A stretch of 64,000 bases of DNA from Eledone cirrhosa. Taxonomy: Eukaryota. The stretch spans positions 178,312,001-178,376,000 of the forward strand of contig OZ024742.1 of NCBI GenBank assembly GCA_964016885.1. The letters are read 5' to 3'. Below the pieces are notes generated by a model. It made no database searches and was not told where the DNA came from. It was given only the letters and a program-made list of their open reading frames with translations. Position 1 is the stretch's first letter, and the number at the start of each line of letters is the position of its first letter. Positions 27,322 to 41,100 of this stretch are shown here, piece by piece. The translations under genes were made by a program, and so were the position numbers.

Positions 27322-28399
27322 CAAATTAAGGATAATATACCTAAAAAATTCTTTAAAATCCTAGAGAAAAACTTCCCGCCAAACCACAAATAGCATCAAA
27401 TTTTAAATAGATCAACGGTTAAATTCTCCTACTCAACAACCAAAAACATAAAACAAAATATAAGTGCCTATAATGCATATAAATGTAAAAAAAAACATGA
27501 GTATACCACTAGTACATCAAACTAACCATAATATCTTCTCAGATACAAGATTCACGAAAAGTTGTAACTGTAGAAACAAGGCAAACTGTCCATTAAAAGG
27601 AAATTGCCTTGTTAATAACATAGTATATAAATGTAAAGTTAACACTACGGACTCAATTTATTCATATATAGGAGCTACCTCTAACAAATTTAAGGTAAGA
27701 TTTAATACCCACAAACATAGTTTTAAAAATGCCGCACTAGCTAATACAACATCTCTAGCTGAAATAATTAATAGTTATAGAAAGAGGAATATAGATTATG
27801 ACCTGACTTGGAGTGTGCTCAAAAGGGCCACTCCTTATCAAAATAGTAGATATGAGTGTAGATTATGTTCCCAAGAACTTTTTGAAATAATGAAATCTAA
27901 GGATATCCTATTAAATAAGCGACAGGAATTAATAATATCGTGTAATCATAAACTGAGAAAAACCTTTAAATATTATAAACCTAATTAATATACACTTTAG
28001 AAATTAATATATAAACTATTTTTAATTTAGTTAACCTATAATTAATATTCTACTACTGTTGAACTACATAATTCTGCTTTAAATATTATAAACCTAATTA
28101 ATATACACTTTAGAAATTAATATATAAACTATTTTTAATTTAGTTAACCTATAATTAATATTCTACTACTGATGAACTACATAATTTTGCTTTCCTTCTT
28201 ACAACTATCATTTCCTAAAACTGATACAATTAAGTAAACATATATAATGTTTTAACTTCAGGTCATGACTCTATGTTCCTTGAAAACTATATATATTTAT
28301 TATTTCTCACTAATAAATTTAATCCCCCCCCCCCAATAATTATATGTATATGTAAGTGTGTATGTGTGTGTATATATATGTGTATGTATGTGTATATGC

Positions 28400-28447
<48 letters not shown>

Positions 28448-28470
28448 ATATGTGTGTGTGTATGTGTATA

Positions 28471-28504
<34 letters not shown>

Positions 28505-29700
28505 AGTACATATATATATATTATTTTTACATTCTTTTAATTTCCCCTCATCTTTAACAGCACTTTTCAACTGCATCTAACTCTTATTTATCATATCTAT
28601 ATGTATTAGTATAATTTTATCAATATAAATATACCCTTCAATTAAATTAATTTATATTCTTTTCATAGATGTATTTTTTTCACTAACATTCTTATCGTAA
28701 AACTTTAGTCACCTTAGATATTTGTATTGACATTACTATTTTATAACAGCAACTGCTTGTATACCATTTACTCACCACCTGACCTATTTTCACCCCTAAA
28801 ATAAGCTTCAATTACTACTATTTTACCATTTGGCCAATTATTAACTTTCTATTGGTTAATTCTAAACCTCTTACCAAACAGACAGAATATATTAGATCTT
28901 TGTTGGTTTTATTCAATGAACAAATAAAATTATTTCTGAGGTCAGCATAAGACCTATTTCTTCCCTAAAATAATCCTTCATTCATAATATTCTTTTCCAT
29001 CCAAAACTGAAATCTACCTTCCTCTACCCATAATTTAAGGCTCTTCTACTACTATATTACTATCTTGACCCTCACTATCTCTCTATTGGTCAATTCAAAA
29101 CCTGTTCCCAAACAGACCTATTGTATTGAATCTTTGTTTTTTTTCAATAAACAAATATCATTATTTCTGAAGACAGCATATATATGTGTAGGTATGTATA
29201 TTCCCTCTGATAGTTTGTATAAATATTGTACATAGATCTATAGAATATGCATACCAACTCTAACACATATATATCCTAGAAACGATCGTAAAATGATGAA
29301 TTTTTTTTAATATAAGGAACTGTCTCTTTGTTTATTCATTATTTTATTAATTTATCTTGACTCTGTTTTCCGTTTATTTTTCACCGAATTTAGTTTTTGA
29401 ATGCATCTTCTCTTTTCATGATATACGGATTACATTGAGTTCTTCATACGGATTGGACACTACCGTAAACCTTTGGTAGATTTATCTACATATATATATG
29501 CTTGTGTGTGAGTGTCTATATATGTATGTTTGCATGCATGAATGAATAGACTAGTAGAATGTACAACCACTGATTCCAACTATTCCCACTATCATATATT
29601 TTGGTTTCTATTAATTCCCTGAGGAATTGATTGACCAAATGTTTTGCTTAATTGTTTTATTTATTTTTTTTTATGTTATTCTTTCTCTTAGATTTCAGGG
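27320..29700 (+). mobile_element. Penelope-like element 3' part (GIY-YIG domain at 27464-27988)
   Basis: CNCR..CPL.GNCL..IVYKC..YIGAT..FKVRF..H..SF..W..CRLC..E..LLNKRQE..C.H; starts right after (TA)n; 3' limit approximate; ~114-bp tandem duplication at 27966-28190. Confidence 0.78.
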
Positions 29701-29821
29701 TTTTTTTTAAAGCAAAGCATTGGCCCCTAAAATACTACAGTGGGCTCTTGCAATGCTACCGTGGGCGCCCTGGGGCCCACTTGCCATTGGGCAGCAGCCT
29801 GGCAAACTGGCTCGTCCGCCA

Positions 29822-29867
<46 letters not shown>

Positions 29868-30191
29868 TTATTAGTAAAAGGAAAAGAAAATGCTGACAAA
29901 TACATATATATATACATATGTTTGTATGAAAAACTTAAACAAAACCAACGAAGCAAACAACACAGTGCAATGAAGAAATATATTAGTTTAACGCTTGATA
30001 TAGTAGGAAAAGAGTCTTTACGTCTTGGATACTAGTCCTTCATCAAAAGATAGAATGAGAAATAAAAGAGGAAATAGAAAGATAAATAGTGTGGAGAGGA
30101 AGAAATGGGAAAATATTTTTCAGAAAAAGCACATGTATATTCAGTTTGACATACATACATACATACATACAGACAGACAGACAGACAGACA

Positions 30192-33100
30192 ACGCGATCA
30201 GTCGCACATTTTGGCATGGGAGACTATTCGTTAAATTTAAGATGAATACTATCTCCGACAGTAATGCCACAACTACTAGCCGTGTTGAATAACTGGATAT
30301 TCTTCTAACTATATCCACTGAAGACACCTTTTATTCGAATTCGTAGAGATATCCGACTAAATACATAATTCATTCAACAAGGATTTGCTAGAAACAACAT
30401 GGGTGGACACATCAACAATAACAATTTACCGAACACAATTTATCGAAGAAAATCAATGAGAAGGGTAAACAAAATTTAGCTGTAGCTACAGAAGAAAACC
30501 GAAATGATAAATGGCATTTCTCTTGGAGTTACGAACTTAATGATGATTTATTTAATTGTTATAAAATGGCGAAAAAAAATCCCTCAGTTGGCTATATGAA
30601 CAGAATGAAGCTACATTGGGACAAAATACACCCAGAGCTAAATCACTTCACAGCCAAACAATTATGCCAACAAGCGACGTTTGTTGAACGTAAAAATAAG
30701 ATAAATATTATTAATTGTAAGTCCCCCAAAACAAACAGAATCAGCAACACGTGCTACAGGTCGCCGTGCTGAATCAGGAACACGTGCTACTTGTTAGCAG
30801 CAAGGTCGAACAGTGCCTTGAAACAACTAGGCCGGTAAGATATTTGACACCACGAAAAGATTGTTGACCTACGGAAAACTAAACGATATGTGACAATGGT
30901 CCTTACATGCAAACAAAGACAAAAAAAACGTCACTCCTCACCAACAAACAGTGAAAAATAAAATAGAAACGATGTTTGGTGACAGTACAACCAGAACTCT
31001 TCAATATAAGCTGATCACCCTCAAACAAGAATTGAGAGCCCTTGGCGAGAAGCGCCGATACATGGAGAGGGTAGATGAAAGAAAAGTACTTAGTAAAATA
31101 TTCAGACGAAACCAAACATCAGTCTATAGAGATATGAAGGGCAAAGTAATAAATGCCACTGAGACCCCATCCCAGACAGACATAGATTCCTTCTGGAGAA
31201 ATATATGGGGTGAAAAGAAGAATTTCAACCATGCTGCAGTGTGGCTAGAAGAAATCCAAAAGAACTATTGCTCCTACACTACAATTAAAACATACAAAAT
31301 AAATGAGGATACCCTTGAGACTGTAATAGGAAAACTCCAAGATAAGAAAACACCCGGAAGAGACTTGATTGTCAGCTACTGCTACAAAAAACTGATATTC
31401 TATCGGATGTATCTTATCAACCTCTACCAATAAGTTCTCAAGGGAGATACACATATACCAGAATGGTTGACATTAGCACACACAATACTGGTCCCCAAGA
31501 ACAAAGACACCCACTTGGCAGAAAACTACCGACCCATTGCATGACAGAACCTGATGTATAAGATTTATACAGCCTGCCTGAACCTATTTCTCCAACATCA
31601 CTGTGAAAATAATAACATCATTACAGATGAACAAGCAGCTGGAAAGAAAGGTGTTTGAAGGTGTGCTGAACAACTCCTAATCAACAAAACTGCGATGCCA
31701 GAGGTGCGACAACTTAGGAGGAATATGACTACAGTCTGGCTGGACTACAAGAAAGCATTTGATTCTGTTCCCCACTCTTGGATGATAGAGGCCTCCAATT
31801 TTCTAAAGTCCCATATATTATTATCAGAGCCATAGAGAGGCTGTCTTCTTGGGCTACTATCCTAAAGTTAAAAACAGAGAAGGAGGACTCTATTTTCACT
31901 AATAAAATAGAATATTAGAATGGTATTTTCAAGGATACAGTCTCTCTGTGCTACTATTTATCCTGTCATTAAACTCTTTGTCCTTTCTGCTCAAGAAATG
32001 TGAAGGATACATCATTGGCTCACAGGAGGACAGAAATACAAACTTAACCCATAATTTCTCTGTGGATGACCTGAAACTCTATGCCAAGAACATAAATGGG
32101 ATGAAGAAAAATCTTGACCTGGTTACAACATTCTCAAAGGATATAGGAGTGAAGTTTGGCCAACATAAATGTTCATATATGACTGTAAAGTGGGGAAAAA
32201 CTACAACCCAATCTAACAACATTTTTATCAATGGCTTATCTGTTTCACTGATATCTGATGGGGACTACTACAGATACTTGGGGATAGATGAGAATATATT
32301 CTATAATGATATTTGTAATAAGGAACATGTAATCAGGGAATATTGCAGCCAATTAAGAAAAATATGGTCATCGAAACTCTCTGTGCACAATAAAACAGTG
32401 GTTCACAATGTATTTGTTGTGCCTATCCTAACACCAACATTTGGAATATTCGATTGGATGATAGACAAAATCCGAGCAATTGATGTTAAAACTTGAAAAA
32501 TGCTAAATAACACCAGAAACATCCACATCAACAGTGAGATAGACTGCCTCTACTTCAAACATAAGCAGAGAAGCTGAGGCATAACATCAGTTCAGACAGC
32601 AGTTGAGTGTTGCATCATATCCCTCCGACAACATTTACTACCTCGAACCGTAGGAGCCCATCTATCGAGCAAGTCTATCTGCATGAGACAGATAAGATCA
32701 TGAGAGTTGGGAAGGAACTCCTTGAAAGATACTCTCTGCATGATAATCAAAAACTCACACCCAGGGAAATTGCCCAGCAGTACTACAGTGAATCCATGGA
32801 TGAAATACTGCATGCATTGATATGTTGCCAAGAAGCTCCAGTGTGAGAGTAATATAGATAAGCAAAGTAGTCTATCTTGGACCAATAATCGCTATATTAA
32901 CTCTCACTTTGAAGGATACACTTTTGCAATCCAAGAACAGGAAATCAACACAAAATACCTGATTCACAAAAGAGATAGGGATACAGGCAAAACACCTAGA
33001 TGTGACAAGTGCAAACTCTGCAGAATTAACATCGAAGATGTCACCCATGTCATAATCAGCTGTCCAAAGTTGTCATCACGGTACTATCTACCTATGAGGC

Positions 33101-33339
33101 ATGATTTAGTGACCAAAACACAGTACAATGCAATCCGTAGAAAAGATAGCCCCGACAATAAACACATGTGGGACACATACACATACATAATAGGAAAGAG
33201 TACTGGTGGAATATTCCAGTCAAACTCCAATAAAATGCAAGCATAACAGACAAATATTATAATATGGGACAGGATATCTATGTTAGAAACCGACTCTCTC
33301 TCTCTATGCGTAACAATTTGTGAAATTATAAAACCAGAA
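30192..33339 (+). mobile_element. R4/Dong-like family B, long degenerate copy with N-terminal region
   Basis: N-terminal WS.ELN..CY...GYM.RM..W motif; RT and knuckle remnants homologous to 10260-12520; deletion in the RLE; ends AAACCAGAA|CATACATACAT; preceded by (CATA)n(CAGA)n. Confidence 0.88.
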
Positions 33340-33350
33340 CATACATACAT

Positions 33351-34245
33351 ATCATCATCATCATCATTTTACGTCCGCTTTCCCCTGCTTGCAAGGGTGA
33401 GACGGGTCTTATTCAGCATCTCTCCACTCGTCACGGTCCTTCATCATCTCCACCGTGAGCTTCAACAATCTGAGGTCTGTTCTCACCACCTCCCCCATGT
33501 TTTTCGTGGTCTACCTCTACCACGTCTTCCTTCAACTGGCATTTCCTGGCACTTCTTCACCCATCGGTCATCCTCCATGCGCATCACATGTCCATACCAC
33601 CTCAGTCTCCTCTCCCGTACACTACATTCTATCCCTCTCAGACACAGTTTCTCTCTCAACACATTCATGCTGGGTCGTTCACGCACATTTACACTGCACA
33701 TCCAACGGAGCATGTTTGTCTCATTTCTCTCCAGCCGTCGCATATCCTCTGCAGTTGCTGCCCATGTCTCACTACCATGCAGCATTGTGCTCCTCACACA
33801 GGCATCATACAACCAGCCTTTCGTACGCAGGGAGAAACCCTTCTTCGTCAGCAGAGGAAGCAGCTCCCTAAACTTATTCCAACCCGTCCTTATTCTAGAT
33901 ACTATGGCCTCGGAACACCCTCCTCCCATGCTAATCTGATCTCCTAGGTACCGGAAGCTATCCACCACTTCTATAGCACCATCCTGCATTTGAAAAATGT
34001 GTCTATCAATGCGACTTCTACTGTCTAATTTCCCTGTACATCTACTGCATACATATTTCTCCCTACCTGTTAGTTTGCCTGCTATCCCGCTACATCTCTT
34101 GCGTACCCGGGATCTGCATTGTGTGCATTTTATAGAATTTATGCCAGTTCCTTTTCTGCATATCGAACATGGCCATTTCCCTGACAGAATCAGAGTTTTG
34201 TCCTCTTTTCTACTCATCAACACTTCTGTCTTAGCTAGGTTCACT
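33351..34245 (-). mobile_element. RTE-clade LINE, 5'-truncated, with (GAT)n tail
   Basis: WPCSIC..C..C..CSG finger, FRYLG, RRLRWYGHV.R, GRPRKTW. Confidence 0.88.
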
Positions 34246-36060
34246 CACATATAAGTATATATATTCGATGAACTAAAACACTCCTCGTCGGAAGCAATGG
34301 AGGTCCAACATATATATACATATAAACTTGTTATTCCCTATGACTATACTTTTAAAGTAATTATTTTGTTTTTCATTTACCTGTTAGCACCTGTTCCCAG
34401 AAACATAAGGTTTTATTTAATCAATTTACTACTCAAGAATAACTTTAAACTTTTTGAGTTACAATATATTTTAAATATCTGCCAGATATTTTTTTTTTTT
34501 TTTTTATATAATATTCCATCTTAATCTCATTCAACTTCTTTCTCCCTAGGTTTTTCAGAATATTTTTCAATAAATCTTTTCAAAAATCTTCTCTCGGCAC
34601 TCATGTATATATATAATATATTTCAATTTAGAGCTGTTCTATAGTTTGCTTTTGTATTAGGCATTCATCATTCTTTCCTCTCTTGACTTCTGCATATACA
34701 TGAAAGCACATGGCTTAGTGGTTAGGGTGTTTAGCTTGTGATCGTACGATTGTGAGTCAGATTCACAAGGGAGCGCATCATGGCCTTGAACAAGACATTT
34801 TATTTCACATTTCTCCAGTCCACACAGCTGACAAAAATGATCCGTACCAGTAATTCAAAGAGGCCGGCCAGCCATGTCTCTCAAACACACACACACACAT
34901 TGTGTCACACTGAATCATTTTCTGATGATAAATGTTCCAGTTGATTCAGTCAATGTAATTACCTGCTCATGAAATAAACATGTTAACAGCTGAGTATCCC
35001 ACAAGCACGTGCATCCTTAACATAGTTCTCAAGAGGATTCAGCAAGACACAAAACGTGCCTGTAAACTATTGAGTGCACAGAGTGTATTTTACTGTGATA
35101 GCTGTACTTGAGAGGTTGTCAGATCTTTGACACAGCTAGAGAGAGTCTTCCTGTGACTTTGGCAGATATTTTACGACAAGATGCTCTTCTTATCATGAAC
35201 TACTTTACAGAGTGAACTGGAAGTGTATATTGTGTATATCACCATAATTATATATATATAGTTGGGAGGACCCTTCAGTTGTACCCTGACCACTCAGTAG
35301 AACAAGCAAGATGCAGATCCTTGGCCTGACTGCAAGGTCAGTAGCCCTTCTTCAGTACTGACTTGGTCTATGTAAATCCATCCAAACCAAGCTAACAGGG
35401 AAAGTGGATGTTAAAACGATGATGATGATAGAGAGCTTTTGAATACTCAACCTGTAATTAGATACCCCTTTTCTACAAAAACAAATTTCGCTTTGCCTCG
35501 ATGGACTATTCATATATGATTAAACTCTTACCTTAGTTGAATATAATATTAACATATATGTATCATCATAATCATCATCATCGATTAACGTCCATCTTCC
35601 ACGCTGGCATGGGTTAGATGGGTCCTATTTTGAGGCAAATTATGTCAGGTGACCGTGTCTCGCTCATATAGGGGTGTTTCTGGCTGGTTTTCTATGGCTG
35701 GATGCCCTTCCTAACGCCAACTACATTTTCATATATATCATCTTTATTACCATCATCACTTTTATGTCCGCTTTTTCATGCTGGTATGGGTTGGATATGA
35801 CATTTTGATGCAAAGTTTTACAGTTAGTTGATTTTCATGACACTAACCTGTTTAGTCACCTCATACAACACACAGGGATACAGTGTACCTATTCCAAAAA
35901 CTAGAATACATAGGATGTGTATGTGAGTGAGCCTATGTGTCTGTGCTTGTGTATATGTATATAAATATATGTGTGTGTGTGTATGTGTGTGTGAGTTTAT
36001 GTATAAGTATATATATATATATATAGTTAAAAGAATAGAGGTGTAACACACAAGTTATTA

Positions 36061-36462
36061 TATATTGGTAAACGGAATAGAAAATGCTGACAAATTGTTC
36101 ACAGTTGAAAAATGGTTTAATTAGGAATAAAAGAGTATTAGTGATTGTATGGGTTAGTATTCAGTTGTGGTTTTAAGTTTTTAAGTTTTTACCGGTTGCG
36201 CATTTCGAAATGCTTTTCAAAAATAATTTTGAGATAGAGTGTCCGTGCTGTTTGCTCTGATCTCAAAGCAAACAGCACGGACACTCTATCTCAAAATTAT
36301 TTTTGAAAAGCATTTAGAAATGCGCAACCGGTAAAAACTTAAAAACTTAAAACCACAACTGAATACTAACCCATACAATCACTAATACTCTTTTATTCCT
36401 AATTAAACCATTTTTCAACTGTGAACAATTTGTCAGCATTTTCTATTCCGTTTACCAATATA
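36061..36462. repeat. Near-perfect inverted repeat with ~196-bp arms
   Basis: 36061-36256 is the reverse complement of 36267-36462 with one mismatch. Confidence 0.95.
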
Positions 36463-36607
36463 TATATATATATATATATATACATTATATATGTGTACAT
36501 ATGTGTGTGTATGTATTGAAAAAAATCTAGTGAGAAAAATAGCATTAACAAACCTCTCAAAAAAGACACATGGAACGAGAGAAAATTCTAGATTTTGAAG
36601 AAAAAAC

Positions 36608-36654
36608 TTTATTCATTTGTTTTCAGTTATTTTTTTTTTATTTAATTCATTTAT
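36608..36654 (-). promoter_or_regulatory. Candidate PRCC polyadenylation signals (clustered AATAAA)
   Basis: Three TTTATT on + (near 36608, 36637, 36649), about 1.4 kb past the stop, followed by T-rich sequence on the - strand; unconfirmed. Confidence 0.35.
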
Positions 36655-37294
36655 TTAAAAACCCATTAACTTTACAGATCCATTGTTAAACTGACAAAAC
36701 ATCCATAATTCATCAGAGGAATATTCAAATTTCCAAATATGGAACACTCACAGACCAGTTAGTAATGATTTACAATTCTGTTAAATATATTACACAGGCA
36801 AGGCTAGACGCTAGCATTAGTGTGTGGTTTAGGAGTTCACTTTGCAACCACATGGTTTCAGGTTTAGTCCTACCGCATGGCACCATGAGACATAAGTGTT
36901 ATACTACAGCCTCAGCTTCAGGAATACCTAGTGACTGAAATTTGGTACGTGGAAACTGTACAGAAGCCTGTAATTTCATCCTTTAATGTCTGTTTTTCTC
37001 TGCCGGCAAAGGTTCAACATATATATGTGTTCTATATGAGCAAGATATGGTCACCTAACCCAACTTGCCTCAAACTCATGCTGGTGTGGAAAGTGGACAT
37101 TAAACGATGATAATGATGATGATATATATTATTTAATTACATAATAAAAGTTTCTGTTAGGATCATCTAGTTTCCTGAAACCTTTGGTAATGGAATAATT
37201 ATATTGTGTTGTTTATTATGTAATTAAATAGCTCTGTACTATACATAGAGCACTCTTCTTTCCTTTATCTTTTCAATAGAAATACTTAACACAT

Positions 37295-37332
<38 letters not shown>

Positions 37333-37476
37333 TATTTTTATGACAAAAGAGCTTCAGTTTGAAAGATAGTCTAATTAATAAGGTTTATAGGCCTCCTTAA
37401 GGGAGAAAATGGATATTAACCTGGCAAGTATGAATATACATGTGTGTGTGCATGTGTATGAGTGTATTTCCATGTT

Positions 37477-37522
<46 letters not shown>

Positions 37523-37524
37523 AA

Positions 37525-37564
<40 letters not shown>

Positions 37565-37598
37565 TAAATTTAGTATATATATATATATACTAAATTTA

Positions 37599-37645
<47 letters not shown>

Positions 37646-38061
37646 AAATTTTTATATATATATATATATACTAAATTTACTATATATATATATATACTAA
37701 ATTTACTATATATATATATATACTAAATTTAGTATATATATATATATACCAAATTTCACTCAGAAGGCATTAGTTGACCTGCCCACAATACCAAACAGTA
37801 CGATTGAACCCGATACCACATGGTTGTGAAGTGAATTCCTTAACCACACAGCCATAGCTGCACTTATTATGTTTAATATCCATATGCCTACTTGTTAAAC
37901 ACTCCCAATTCTACATGTTATCCATGCAAAGCTCTATATGTTAAACCAGTCATTGCTGATTTAGAGAACATTGATAATTTCCCCAGTGGACATTGATAAA
38001 ATTCACCAGTGAACATTGATGACTTCACCAGTGAACGTTCATTCCTGTTTCAACTCAGCTA

Positions 38062-38148
38062 CTAGAAACCATATTTTGCTTGTGTCTGTCGTTTAGTCAT
38101 TTTGTTCTGAGACCACTGGTTTTTCAACTCAATTTCACGTTCTTTTGC
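38062..38148 (-). CDS. PRCC: PRCC last coding exon (AKEREIELKNQWSQNKMTKRQTQAKYGF*), absent from the ORF track
   Basis: Acceptor TTTTACAG; characteristic KYGF-stop terminus; TAG at 38064-38062. Confidence 0.93.
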   Translation of the reverse strand, partial: AKEREIELKNQWSQNKMTKRQTQAKYGF

Positions 38149-41100
38149 CTGTAAAAGAAAATTAATATTAAGGAATGGTTTTAGATAAATATAAATACTT
38201 TAATCCTTCTATTACCTTATTTGTAATAAAATACATTGCCTATAATTTTTAGATAATTTTTTTAAATAAACAGGAATCAAGTGGAATTTAGTATTATTAC
38301 TAAATTTCTCATGATTAGGCTGGTACCAGTCGCTTTCTGACAGATGTATGGTTGAACCTGTAGCAGTGGAGCCTTCCAGTGGTCTTGACACCCAGACCAC
38401 GTCTCTACCTACTGCTATTGGGGTGGAGTTGACCACCCACAAGTGCAAGTTAAAATGGCTATTACAACACATTACCTCGCCATCCAAATTGGATTCCGCG
38501 GAACCCAAATGTTCTGCAAAGGAGTGTCTGAGGTTCCATGAAAAAATGTAGAGGAGTGTATATATATATATTACGACCATATAACAGTATTAGACTTTGG
38601 GGTTCTCTCAAAAGTTTCTGAACCAAAAAGGATTCCGCTTTTGAAAAAGTTTTCTCCATTTTGCCCGCCTGCACATGGGCTCCCACACACCAGAGAATTC
38701 TCCCCCACACCAACCGGGTCCACATCACTAAAGTAGTTATGCTGAATTGTGCTGTTGAATTACGTGTAACAACGGTTCCTATCTAAAATGTTGTGTCATA
38801 TACTGTATATATAAATATACATATGTATGTAAATATTTATGGAAAGCAGCAGCACAAATTTGAAGTATTTTTTTTTTTTTTTTCGATTACTTGGAAGTGA
38901 AGACACCACCTATGATTTTCCAATAATTTTGAAAATAATCAAAACTTTGGTGGCATTTAGTAACGTAGCCAATACTCACATGTACACATACAAAATATAA
39001 ATATAAATATGGATGTAAGGGCGATAAGCAAAGCTAATTCCCAAATTCGGAAGGGACATAACTCTGGTAAAAGAGTTATCGTTCTTAGAAACAAGGGTAT
39101 ACAATAGCAGGCTCAAACTCACGGATTCTAAATGACTATCACGTCATGTGCGAAAAGCACAGCCGGCCAAGAGTGCAACGAGGTGATGGAAGGGCTGATT
39201 TCTACCAGTTATAATGCTAATCTGCATGCAATACAGCTGATGAGTTGCTATTTGTTTTTTGCTTATTCAAAATGAATACTAATATTCAGTGGAATATGTC
39301 AATTGGTACAAAATATGGGGGGGATAAATTTTCTGTTTCAAATGTTCCTTAATTCCGTTTTTCTTTTGCTAAACGGCATTTTTCCAGCTTTCACTTTTGA
39401 TAAATTCCCCTTTTTTTTCCATTTTTATTGTATTTCATGAGTAAATTGCAATAAATCGTACTAGTAACAAAAACTGTTATGTTGTGGGCCATAGAAAAGT
39501 AGTTTGCAGGCTACATGCCAACCAACCAGTCAGCCCATCATATCTTATAACACAGGGATGTCTGGTCACAAAAGAAACCACAGCCCAACCAAGGAAGAAA
39601 TGGATTGATAACGACAAGGAAAAGGTGCAGAGCACTAGAAGTCGATGGAAACCGCGGAGTGGGGAGACCCAAGATGACCTGGGATGAGGTGATAAAAGCC
39701 GACCTTACCCAATTACACCTCTCAAAGGCGATGACACACGACCGTGACCTCTGGCGTCACGCAGTAATACAGAGTACCCGACCTCCCATGGGTACAAGCT
39801 GAAGCACATAGACAATATGCCTCCACACACACCCCCACCCCTACCCCCCACTGCAAGGTGGTCGTGGAGGTGCCACAGCAAAAAAACACCCAGCCCACAC
39901 TCTAAAGTGAACATGTAGGCGCCACGAAAAAGCACCCAGCACTCACTGTAAATGCGGTTGGTGTTAGGAAGGGCATCCAGCTGTAGAAATCAAGCCAAAT
40001 CAGTTCCTGTATGAGCAAGGCATGGTCAGCCGACCAGACACTGCCCACAACAGGACAACCCGTCTAACCCATGCTAGCGTGAAAGAACGGACGTAAAACG
40101 GTGATGATGAAGGAAACTTTGCAGTGAACGACAATAAGCTGGGTTTAATACACTTTGTAATGAGATGTGCTGGTGTCACAATAAACTGCACCCAGTACAC
40201 TCTGTAAATTTTATACTGGTACCATGATAAACTGCACACAGTACACTCCGTAAAGTGTGATACTGATGCTGTGATAAACTTCACCCAGCACACTCTGTAG
40301 TAGGATGTTAATGCTGGTGCCACGATAAACTGCACTTAGTACACTCTGTAAAGTGTTGTACTGGTACCATGATAAAATGCACCCAGTACACTGTGAAGTG
40401 GTAGTGCTGGTGTCATGATAAAATGCACCCAGTACCCCCTGTAAAGTGATCTGCATTAGGAAGTGCATCCAGCTGTAAAAGAAAAAACATGCCAAATATA
40501 GAACACGTGAGCAAGATGCGATTCTCCAAACCATCTAGCCTCAAACCATGGACAACTTGTCTAACCCATGCTGATGATGATGATGGTGAGAATGATGATG
40601 ATGATGATGACAATAATGATAATGGTGATGACAATAATGAGGATGATCACAATAATAATAATGGTAATGACAATGATGATGATGATGACAATGATGAAAA
40701 TGGCAATGATAATCATGATGGTGATGATGATAACGATTAAGCTGATGATATAAATTCTTAGATCTCTTACTTGGTAGGCAAGGTAAGTGATTTGATGTTT
40801 GTTTCGGGATTTCTTGCTCGGAGCATTCTTATCTTTTTTGAATGAGTGTTTCGGCATTTCCTGGGTGAGTGACTTTGTAAGTTCTGATTTGTCGATGAAG
40901 TCATCAGCATTAACATTCATTAGCTGAATCTGTTCCTTGCCTCGGCGATTCTTGCCCTGTAATCGCAGGAACTGCAAAAGAAATGGGAAAAGAACAACCA
41001 TAGATATAGTGATTATTGTTGTTGTGGTGTTGCTGGTAGTGTTGTTGGTGATAGTGTTGTTGTTGTTGCTTTTGCAGCTGCTAGTGGTGTTGTTGCTGTT

